Source: Geoalkalibacter ferrihydriticus DSM 17813
GTDB taxonomy: Bacteria; Desulfobacterota; Desulfuromonadia; Desulfuromonadales; Geoalkalibacteraceae
NCBI RefSeq assembly: GCF_000820505.1
Contig: NZ_JWJD01000004.1
Location: 96,955-128,954, forward strand
DNA: 32,000 nucleotides
Direction of reading: 5' to 3'
The notes under the pieces were generated by a model. That model worked only from the letters and a program-made list of their open reading frames with translations, ran no database searches and was not told where the DNA came from. Positions 1 to 7,402 of this stretch are shown piece after piece. The translations under genes and the position numbers were made by a program. The stretch's first letter is position 1; every line of letters begins with the position of its first letter.

Positions 1-1221
1 CGAGAGAGAGAGGCCGAAGCCTTCGAGGCCTCCCTGGGGGAAATACGCGAAGATTCCCGTCTCGATCCGGCGCTCGCCTCGGAAACCTTGTACAGACTGC
101 GCGTCCGCTTCGCCGAGAGCGAAAATGTTTATGAAGCTGTGATCAATCACATTCATGGGCACCTCGAAAGCCGGCGGAAAACTCGCGCCACCTCCAAGGA
201 AAAGGTCATGGTGGGTCTTACGAATTTTCTCAGCAAAAACTTTGCACAGACATTTTTGCTGGGTGATGGCGCACTTGACTTCGAGACTTTTGAACAGCGG
301 GCGAAGTTCATTGCTGAAGAGAAAACGCGCCTGGAGGAGACAACTCTCGCAGAATACGAGACAAGGGCGGAGAACGCTCTGAAGGAAGTAGAGGTCACCT
401 TCCGTACCAAATTCATCAGTCGTCTCGTCGAACGCCTCGGGGCAGTGCGCGACAATATTGCCGGGCTGAACAAAATTCTCAAAAACCGCCCCTTCCACGG
501 GGAAATCTACCAGTTTCGCTGTGTCGCCAATCCTGAATTGGACAAAGTCATTAAATTCGCAAAGGCGATTGAAGAAGACCGCTCCAGCCAATACATGGGC
601 GGTCTTTTCGACCCGGCCAACGATCCCGATTCGCCGCACCGTGAAGCGATCGAGTTCATCAACTGGGCTTTTCAGGACGATGACGCCGCCAAACTCGTCT
701 CCGACTACCGTAACTACTATGTCTTCGATGTGGAGATGTTCGACCGTGATGGGAATAAAGTAGCAAACCTCAAGCACCGCATAGCCAAAGGTTCCGGAGG
801 AGAGAACATGGCGCCGTTCTATGTGGCCATCGGGTCCTCTCTTTCCGCCTCATATCGAATCACCAAAAGACTCAATGGCACAGTGGCGGGAGGGATGAAT
901 CTAGCTCCCTTTGATGAGGCATTTTCAAAACTTGATGCTGCCAACTGTTTTAACTGTCTGGAATTTCTTAAGGATACCGGTCTACAAGTGCTGTTGGCAG
1001 CGCCCGACGAAAAGTACCCGACACTGGCCGCACAGGTCGACACGGTCGTCTGGGTTTATCGCGACGGCGTTGACGTCGAGATTGAGACGGAATTCTTGTC
1101 AACGAAAGCGCATGACCTACTACGCTCCGATAATCCCTTTTTCATAAAAAAAGAAGATGATGGAACCGAGAAGGAATCGGATTCTATATCCATCGAGCGT
1201 TCCGTTGTCGGGGGCACCTGA
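1..1221 (+). CDS. jetC: SMC/ABC-type ATPase, C-terminal part (Wadjet JetC-like); 5' end lies outside the window
   Basis: Frame 1 is open from nt 1 (no stop before the TTG at 88), so the gene starts upstream of the window. ABC/SMC head motifs are present: signature-like GSGGENMAPFYVAIG, Walker B-like LAPFDEAFSKLD, then QVLLAAPDEKY. The stop overlaps the start of a JetD-like gene (TGATG, 1219-1223). Family assignment rests on remembered JetC architecture, not a search. Confidence 0.6.
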   Translation, partial: REREAEAFEASLGEIREDSRLDPALASETLYRLRVRFAESENVYEAVINHIHGHLESRRKTRATSKEKVMVGLTNFLSKNFAQTFLLGDGALDFETFEQRAKFIAEEKTRLEETTLAEYETRAENALKEVEVTFRTKFISRLVERLGAVRDNIAGLNKILKNRPFHGEIYQFRCVANPELDKVIKFAKAIEEDRSSQYMGGLFDPANDPDSPHREAIEFINWAFQDDDAAKLVSDYRNYYVFDVEMFDRDGNKVANLKHRIAKGSGGENMAPFYVAIGSSLSASYRITKRLNGTVAGGMNLAPFDEAFSKLDAANCFNCLEFLKDTGLQVLLAAPDEKYPTLAAQVDTVVWVYRDGVDVEIETEFLSTKAHDLLRSDNPFFIKKEDDGTEKESDSISIERSVVGGT

Positions 1222-2411
1222 TGAACCCTGGTCATGATCTCCTTCGGAAGCTTTTCCAAATCTGGCAGCGAAATCCGGATGGAAAACAGAGAAAGACCCT
1301 TACGATCACAAAGGAGCGGGCTCCAGCATATTTTCAGACAATCGATCCCGATGCCAAAGATCAGTTACATGCTTGCTTGAAAAACGCCGCCGCCGAGGGA
1401 TGCATCGAGCTGGTTTGGGGAAAGCATTTTGAAAGCCATCTTCTGCGCAAAATCATCCTCCTGGACGGAGAAACGCTAGGACGATTTTTGGGAGTGCCGC
1501 TCGCCCGCGAGATTGCCGCCGAAGCACAGGCGAAGTTGATGTTCCATGTCCCCCCTGAAGAGTCTTGGCTCTCGGATCTTGTTGCCCGGGTAGCAGAAAA
1601 ATGGTCCCGTGGAGAGGCAGCTTACCGGATTTCCCCTGGAGAGGTCGGGGAAGTTAAGCTCCTGATCGACGCCTTGGGCGCGGTTAAAGAAGGCAAACAG
1701 AAAGGCCTCGATTTACGCACCTTCAGCGCCAGGGTACTGGGTGACTCGAAGGCGATGGAGAGAATGTACGACCGCTTCGCCCGCATCTGGAATGAACAGT
1801 TCGATACTGGCTTGGAGCCAAAGGAGCTTTTCGAAAGTCTGGGCCTAGTCAAATTCCCACAACCCCTGTTTTTCAAAGGGCCAGTGAGGATAAAAAGTGG
1901 GGGAGATTGGCTGAACATGGAGCCCCTAAAATGGGGATTCGGAATTCCTCCCGATGCGATTGAAGATATCGCGTTTGCGCTAATGCCCTCCTATATTCTG
2001 ACGATCGAGAATCTCGCCTCCTTTAACCGGCATGTACGTGAGGTGGATGATGAAGGTCTAATCGTCTTTTCCGCCGGCTTTCTCAATCCGCATACAGCAG
2101 AGGTAATTCAGACCCTTGAACGCAAACTGGACTCTCATACTCCCTTTTTTCACTGGGGGGATATCGACGTCGGAGGTCTCCGCATCGCCAATCATCTGCA
2201 GGCGCAAATCCGAAGGGACCTTCGACTCCATCTGATGAGTCCCGAAATCCTTTCACGGCACGGAGAAATGGTCACTGGCAGCCTGCCGCGGTTCAGGGCA
2301 AAATCCATAAGCCCGCAGATTCAGGATTTGATGGACGCCTTGGTGAGTCATGACCCAGCTATTATTTTGGAGCAGGAAAGTATCGACCCGCAGCCTCCAC
2401 AGATTCCCTGA
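1221..2411 (+). CDS. jetD: JetD-like protein (DUF3322-type N-terminus plus Toprim/DUF2220 C-terminus)
   Basis: 396 aa. Toprim-like acidic motifs ILTIENLASF and FFHWGDIDVGGLRIANHL. Size and position directly after an SMC-like ATPase fit Wadjet JetD. The start is coupled to the upstream stop. Confidence 0.75.
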   Translation: MNPGHDLLRKLFQIWQRNPDGKQRKTLTITKERAPAYFQTIDPDAKDQLHACLKNAAAEGCIELVWGKHFESHLLRKIILLDGETLGRFLGVPLAREIAAEAQAKLMFHVPPEESWLSDLVARVAEKWSRGEAAYRISPGEVGEVKLLIDALGAVKEGKQKGLDLRTFSARVLGDSKAMERMYDRFARIWNEQFDTGLEPKELFESLGLVKFPQPLFFKGPVRIKSGGDWLNMEPLKWGFGIPPDAIEDIAFALMPSYILTIENLASFNRHVREVDDEGLIVFSAGFLNPHTAEVIQTLERKLDSHTPFFHWGDIDVGGLRIANHLQAQIRRDLRLHLMSPEILSRHGEMVTGSLPRFRAKSISPQIQDLMDALVSHDPAIILEQESIDPQPPQIP

Positions 2412-2500
2412 AACCAAGCTTCTTTAGAAAATATCGTATGAGCGGGGATGTACGATCAATTCATGACTCTCCCCCCATCTCCAGTGGTTAGGATGACAAG

Positions 2501-3478
2501 ATGACGTTTGAAGAAATGCGGGAAACTATTGGTGAAGAAAGGATTTCCGTTCTCTTAGGCAACGGATTCTCCCGAAGCTGGTGCGACGAGCCATTTCATT
2601 ACGAAACCCTCTACTATGCAGCCAGATTCGGAGATCGCGAACGTGAAATACGCCAACTTTTCACAGTCCTGGAAACTCAGGATTTCGAGAAGGTGACGAG
2701 CCGTTTGCGAGCATCCAGAGATATTCTCCGATTGTATGCGGCGAACGAAGCTCTGGTGACACAACTTGAAGCTGATGCGCAACTGATTAAGGATGGCCTT
2801 CTGAGGGCTATAGCCGAAACCCATCCAAGTCGTCCAAATGAAATTTCCGATACCGAGTATCGGCACGTGAGATCTTTCTTGGCCAGATTTAAAAATATTT
2901 ACACAGTAAATTATGATCTTTTGATGTACTGGGCGCGTAACCAGAATGATCTGCCGCCAGACGACTGGGATACGGATGATGGTTTTCGGGGTGACAGGCT
3001 TTGGGTGGGACCAGATACAGATCAAGAAATTTTCTTTCTCCACGGTGCACTACACCTATACGAAACTAGGTACGGTGTAAGGAAACATTCCTTTACAAAA
3101 AGGGGACAAGCGATAATCGACACTGTGCAAGAAAATCTTCGCCAAAATGTTTTCCCTTTGTTTGTTTCTGAGCCTACATCTGAAGCAAAGCTCAATCGAA
3201 TTAATAAAAATCCATATTTGAGTTATTGCCTGCGGCAGCTAGCGAAAGAGTCCGGTTATATGTTTATCTTCGGCCATGGGTTCTCAGATGTTGATCGCCA
3301 CATCTTCTCTGCAGTTGACCATAGCAGCGTGAACCATGTTTTTGTAGCTATTTTCGGAGACCCGAACGCCGAAGACAACCGCAGAATACGCGGCAACGCC
3401 ACTGCGTATCTCCAGACTGAGTTTAGGCGTGTCTCCTTTGTAGAGGCTACGAGTGTGCCGATTTGGCGAGATGTGTGA
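2501..3478 (+). CDS. SIR2-like superfamily protein, DUF4917-type
   Basis: 325 aa. The motifs appear in the order typical of SIR2-like folds: VLLGNGFSRSW (GxGxS), IYTVNYDLLMYW (NYD), IFFLHGALHLY (HG). Length and N-terminal GNGFS match my recollection of DUF4917. No partner gene is fused or overlapping. Confidence 0.55.
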   Translation: MTFEEMRETIGEERISVLLGNGFSRSWCDEPFHYETLYYAARFGDREREIRQLFTVLETQDFEKVTSRLRASRDILRLYAANEALVTQLEADAQLIKDGLLRAIAETHPSRPNEISDTEYRHVRSFLARFKNIYTVNYDLLMYWARNQNDLPPDDWDTDDGFRGDRLWVGPDTDQEIFFLHGALHLYETRYGVRKHSFTKRGQAIIDTVQENLRQNVFPLFVSEPTSEAKLNRINKNPYLSYCLRQLAKESGYMFIFGHGFSDVDRHIFSAVDHSSVNHVFVAIFGDPNAEDNRRIRGNATAYLQTEFRRVSFVEATSVPIWRDV

Positions 3479-3493
3479 AGCCCTTGTCACGCT

Positions 3494-3908
3494 TTGACTG
3501 GTGACTTAAACAGCGTACTCCCTGACATGAGTACATCATTGGCACCTGAAAATGGACCGTATCGGAGGGAGGTTCGCGCAAGGCGCCAAGCTGCTGCGGG
3601 AAAATACAAACCTGAGCGAATTCGTCTGTTGTTAGTGGAAGAAGCACTCCAAGCCGAAGCACTACCCCCCCAGTCAAGGCGACAGTTTTGATACCGCTCA
3701 CAAGGATCTGAGAGCTGCGGACTGTAATAAACGAGCGATTGTATTTCCGTTCAAGCGGGCAACAAGCCCGGTTCCGCGAACAGTTCTGGGATCGGTATCT
3801 CGAAAAAACAGTTCGAGACCACTTTGTAATACCACCGTTAAAGGAGCTTGCCTCGCCAGCTCCTGAGCACCTTCTCAATGCGGCCCCTTTCACAGTCGAG
3901 GAGAGGTG
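3494..3908 (+). pseudogene. Possible frameshifted gene remnant
   Basis: Protein-like translation appears in successive frames. Frame 2 covers 3494-3691 (...YRREVRARRQAAAGKYKPERIRLLLVEEALQAEALPP). Frame 1 covers 3712-3908 (...ARFREQFWDRYLEKTVRDHFVIPPLKELASPAPEHLLNAAPFTVEER). A C7 run at 3665-3671 sits before the frame-2 stop. No intact ORF of convincing quality exists on either strand. Confidence 0.2.
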
Positions 3909-4021
3909 AAGCTGGGAGCGTTTGTCTGTCCACTTGCATGTAACCTCTCCAGAGCTCGGCGCAATTTCAGAGTTCTTTATTCTTGCATTTTGGGACGCGA
4001 TCATCGTCGAGGAGACACTCG

Positions 4022-5260
4022 ATGGCCATCACGCGCGAGAATTTGTATGAGGAGGTCTGGGCAGAACCGATGATCACGGTAGCCAAACGCTACAATGTGT
4101 CGTCGAGCTTCCTCGCCCGTGTCTGTAAGCGGATGAATGTGCCGCGACCGGCCAGAGGGTATTGGGCCAAACTAGCGGTAGGAAAAACCAGTAAACAGCC
4201 TCCGCTCCCAGAAGCTCAGCCTGGGGACGAATTGGAGTGGTCACGCGATGGTGAACCGATAAGAGCCCCGCGAAAACTGCCACAGCCGCCGCAGGGTAGG
4301 CGTAGAAGAAAAGCCCACCCTCGTACCGACTCCAGCGGACAGCATAACCTCCTGGTGGGCGCCCGTGAACACTTCGATGCTGCTCGCGAAAAGGACGATG
4401 GCTATCTGAAACCACAAAAAAGACTCCTGGTCGATCTGATTTTGTCGAGAGAATCCCTTGCCCGTGCCTTGGAATCAGCGAACACCCTCTTCTTGGCATT
4501 AGAGAATCGTGGCCATCGGGTCGTATTTTCCCCCAGCTCAGAACATTTTAGAAGGGCCACGGTCGATCCCCGGGAGCATGATCTAGGATATCCCCCAACC
4601 CTGTGGTGCCCATACCGTACAACCGTTGTCTTTGTCGGAACGGTCGCGATCGGGTTAACTCTCTTCGAGATAGCAGAATCGGTCGAGGTACGCTGGGTCG
4701 ATGGCAAGTACATTCGTGTCGCCGATGCTCCCCCGCCGAAGCGCAGGGGATATTCATCAAGCTCCTGGGTAAGCAAACGAGATCTGCCAAGTGGCAGGTT
4801 CTGCCTGCAGGCGTACTCACCTTATCCCAGAACAGACTGGAAGCGGCAGTGGCGAGAATCTAAGAACGGAGACCTGGCCAACAAAATCCCATCTATTGTA
4901 CGTGAGCTTGAGCGCGAAGCATCCACCATCGCAACACTCGTTGAGGAGGCCGAACACGAAGCTGAACTGGAACGGCAACGATGGGAGGCGAAACGACTGC
5001 AGTGGGCACGTGAAGAAGCTGAGCGGAAACGCATGCAGGCACTGGAGGAGAGCCGTGAGCAGCTATTCGACATCATCGAAAAGTGGGCAGAGGCCAAGCG
5101 CGTCGAGGAGTTTTTTGATGACGCTGAGCGTCGGGCGGCCGAAATGAACACTGAGGATAACGCATTTTTCCAGGAGCGGCTTCGAAAAGCTCGCGCTCTT
5201 CTAGGAGGAGTGGATACCCTCCATCGTTTTCGCCAGTGGAAAGCGCCTGATGAGATTTAG
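4022..5260 (+). CDS. Hypothetical protein with a basic N-terminal domain and a C-terminal Glu/Arg-rich coiled-coil
   Basis: I prefer the ATG at 4022 (GAGGAGA at 4009-4015, 6-nt spacer) over the TTG at 3983. N-terminus: ITRENLYEEVWAEPMITVAKRYNVSSSFLARVCKRMNVPRPARGYWAKL. C-terminus: EHEAELERQRWEAKRLQWAREEAERKRMQALEESREQ. I recognise no enzymatic motif. Confidence 0.7.
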   Translation: MAITRENLYEEVWAEPMITVAKRYNVSSSFLARVCKRMNVPRPARGYWAKLAVGKTSKQPPLPEAQPGDELEWSRDGEPIRAPRKLPQPPQGRRRRKAHPRTDSSGQHNLLVGAREHFDAAREKDDGYLKPQKRLLVDLILSRESLARALESANTLFLALENRGHRVVFSPSSEHFRRATVDPREHDLGYPPTLWCPYRTTVVFVGTVAIGLTLFEIAESVEVRWVDGKYIRVADAPPPKRRGYSSSSWVSKRDLPSGRFCLQAYSPYPRTDWKRQWRESKNGDLANKIPSIVRELEREASTIATLVEEAEHEAELERQRWEAKRLQWAREEAERKRMQALEESREQLFDIIEKWAEAKRVEEFFDDAERRAAEMNTEDNAFFQERLRKARALLGGVDTLHRFRQWKAPDEI

Positions 5261-5490
5261 GAAGACAATGAACCCGAGGTTTCCGCATCCAAGTAATACA
5301 TGATTTCGAATCGTTTAATCTGGAAAAACCGACTATTGTAGGCTAGGATAAGAGCCCTATCTAATTTCATTTCTAATCTTTTTGGCAGATCTGGCAATGC
5401 GGGGGGCCTCCTTCTTCCATTCTGAAGTACCTACCCCCGTTCACAATCCTTGAATGCCCTTATGAGAGCATTAGCCACATCGGAGATGGT

Positions 5491-6024
5491 ATGGTAGCCG
5501 ATTTAAAAAACACTTCTCAGGTATTGAATCAATTTATCCTGATGCGTTTAGCCGTCGGCTATCTCGGGCAGGGCAAGCAGGCGGGATGGTGGGACTGCAA
5601 CTTTCTCGATGCCACCGGCATCCGCTTCCTCGAAACCACCTTCCCGCGGACAGCCCGCGCCGCGGCTCTACGGGCCACTACCGAGGCGGCTTGCTCGGTA
5701 CATGACAAGGCACTCGGGCGGGTCGGCTCCTATCATCTCTTCCGTCTGCCGCCGGCTATGGAAGATCTCCTGGAGCAAACCCTCGAACGAGAAGACATGA
5801 ATGCCTTATTCAACGAGATCCAGTCTCACGAGGCAGCGCTGGAGACGCTCCATCACTTGGCCGATGCCTTGATCCACGCTCCTACGGGTCCGGTGCAGGT
5901 CGGAGTGGAAAGCCGGATTTTGACGCCGACAGCGGTGCGAGAGCTCGCCGCACACTATCATTCCGCCTTCAGAGAGGGCGTTCGGTCCTACCCTTACTTC
6001 GCCCCGGACAAAGATGCACGCTGA
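5491..6024 (+). CDS. Small BREX-associated protein upstream of brxA (BrxE-like by position only)
   Basis: 177 aa. GGAGA lies at 5482-5486 before the ATG at 5491. The 3' end overlaps the brxA start by 11 nt, implying co-translation with the BREX operon. No recognisable motif. Confidence 0.5.
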   Translation: MVADLKNTSQVLNQFILMRLAVGYLGQGKQAGWWDCNFLDATGIRFLETTFPRTARAAALRATTEAACSVHDKALGRVGSYHLFRLPPAMEDLLEQTLEREDMNALFNEIQSHEAALETLHHLADALIHAPTGPVQVGVESRILTPTAVRELAAHYHSAFREGVRSYPYFAPDKDAR

Positions 6025-6805
6025 CGAGAGATATACGACTCAGCTTCAGGCTGGGCTCGGGATGATTCCGGAGACGATGGATTTGCTGCGCCTGTGGGAG
6101 CCCGGGATGATCCCGTCTCACCTGGCTGACCGGGCGGTGGAGGAGGGATTGTTTTCCCGGGCTACCGCCAGGCGGACCAGGAATTTGGTGGCCGAGATGT
6201 TCGCGCCCCGCTACCTGGTGGAGCAGGGCGCGGTTGCTTCCCGCCTCAAATTTCTTCTCGAACAGCGCTTCCCGTCAAGCGCTCTGACCCAGGTATTTTA
6301 CCTGCAGACGGCGCGAGCCCAACGAGTCTTTGCAGATTTCGTGATCGAGGTCTACTGGCCGAAGTACATGGCCGGCGCTCTTTCACTGGTCCGGGAAGAT
6401 GCGGAATCGTTCATCCATCGGGCGCTCGATGCAGGGAAGATGCAGAAACGCTGGTCCGAAACGACCATTAAACGGATATCCGGATATCTCCTCGGGTGCT
6501 GTGTCGATTTTGGATTGTTGGAAAACGGACGGGGGAAAGAGCGCAGGATCAACCGTTTTTCGATCCGCTCGGATGTTGCCCTTTATTTAGCCTACGATCT
6601 CCATTTAAAGCCCCTGAGTGACATGTCCGTTGTTCATCACCCGGACTGGCGGCTGTTTGGCCTGAACAGTCAGGAAGTCATCCGCCTACTGAAGACGCTC
6701 AGCCATGATGGTCATCTGTTGATCCAGTCGACCGCAGATCTGGTCCAGATTTCGTGGAAATACCGCAGCATGGAGGAATGCCTCAATGCACTCACTCAAA
6801 GATAA
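6014..6805 (+). CDS. brxA: BrxA (DUF1819-like)
   Basis: 263 aa, immediately upstream of and overlapping a DUF1788-like gene. This is the first position of the canonical brxA-brxB-brxC-pglX-pglZ-brxL order. The N-terminal YTTQLQAGLGMIPETMDLLRLW resembles DUF1819 starts as I recall them. Confidence 0.65.
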   Translation: MHADERYTTQLQAGLGMIPETMDLLRLWEPGMIPSHLADRAVEEGLFSRATARRTRNLVAEMFAPRYLVEQGAVASRLKFLLEQRFPSSALTQVFYLQTARAQRVFADFVIEVYWPKYMAGALSLVREDAESFIHRALDAGKMQKRWSETTIKRISGYLLGCCVDFGLLENGRGKERRINRFSIRSDVALYLAYDLHLKPLSDMSVVHHPDWRLFGLNSQEVIRLLKTLSHDGHLLIQSTADLVQISWKYRSMEECLNALTQR

Positions 6806-7385
6806 GTTTGACGAGGTCTGCCTGCGTCTGGGGCACGGCCGGCGGCTGGAGAGTACCGGCTCCGACCCTATTTATTATCTGGTATTCCCGGTCAGCGAAA
6901 TTCTCGCCGTGAAGCGTAATACCCGCGCCTGGGTCGCCAAACTGGAGAATCTGGGTTGGCGGGTGGTTACCCTTTCCATGGCCGAGGCGCTAAACTCAAT
7001 CCTGCGACAGCACAAGCTGCGCAGGCAATGGCTCCTTGGCGAGAAGATGGTCCTAGATCAGGCCGCGCGCACAGGCAAGCCCATAGAGTTTGGCGAAATT
7101 AATAAAACTTTGGCTAAGGCCCTGACCGAAGGCACCGATCTCATTATGCTTCTGAGGGCCAAAATGGAGGAAGCGACCGCGCAGCCCAATGGTATCCTCC
7201 TCCTTACCGACCTGGAAGCGCTGCATCCGTATCTGCGCATCAACAGTATCGAGGCCCAGCTACAGGGATCGATCCGCTGTCCGGTAGTGGTCCTCTACCC
7301 TGGCAAGCGCGAAGGAAAGACCAGTCTACGGTTCCTGGAATTCTACCCCGCCGACCCCAATTATCGTTCCGAGCACATCGGATAA
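6786..7385 (+). CDS. brxB: BrxB (DUF1788-like)
   Basis: 199 aa. Positioned between brxA and the large ATPase. DPIYYLVFPVSEILAVKR...VVVLYPG is typical of DUF1788 as I recall it. Confidence 0.7.
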   Translation: MHSLKDKFDEVCLRLGHGRRLESTGSDPIYYLVFPVSEILAVKRNTRAWVAKLENLGWRVVTLSMAEALNSILRQHKLRRQWLLGEKMVLDQAARTGKPIEFGEINKTLAKALTEGTDLIMLLRAKMEEATAQPNGILLLTDLEALHPYLRINSIEAQLQGSIRCPVVVLYPGKREGKTSLRFLEFYPADPNYRSEHIG

Positions 7386-7402
7386 CCGAAGGAGCTTTCG
7401 CT

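Noticed and set aside
3474-3510. TGTGAAGCCCTTGTCACGCTTTGACTGGTGAC, which shares TGTGAA, TTGTCAC and TGGTG with the left-end terminus read inward
   Set aside because: It lacks the TGCTAAAAG core and the spacing differs. It would also imply a 26.7-kb element with BREX between the right end and tnsA, which is contrary to Tn7-family organisation. The match is probably coincidental.
3447-4004. 185-aa minus-strand ORF spanning the gap between the SIR2-like gene and the 412-aa gene
   Set aside because: It is Ser/Arg/Cys-rich with no RBS or motif. The plus strand shows better, though frameshifted, coding signal, so I treat the region as decayed rather than calling this ORF.
5382-5397. Sigma-54-like TGGCA...GGCA upstream of the BREX operon
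   Set aside because: The GG and GC elements are 10 nt apart (5384 and 5394) rather than the 12 nt of the -24/-12 consensus. I could not assign a convincing sigma-70 -35/-10 pair in 5261-5490 either, so no promoter is annotated.
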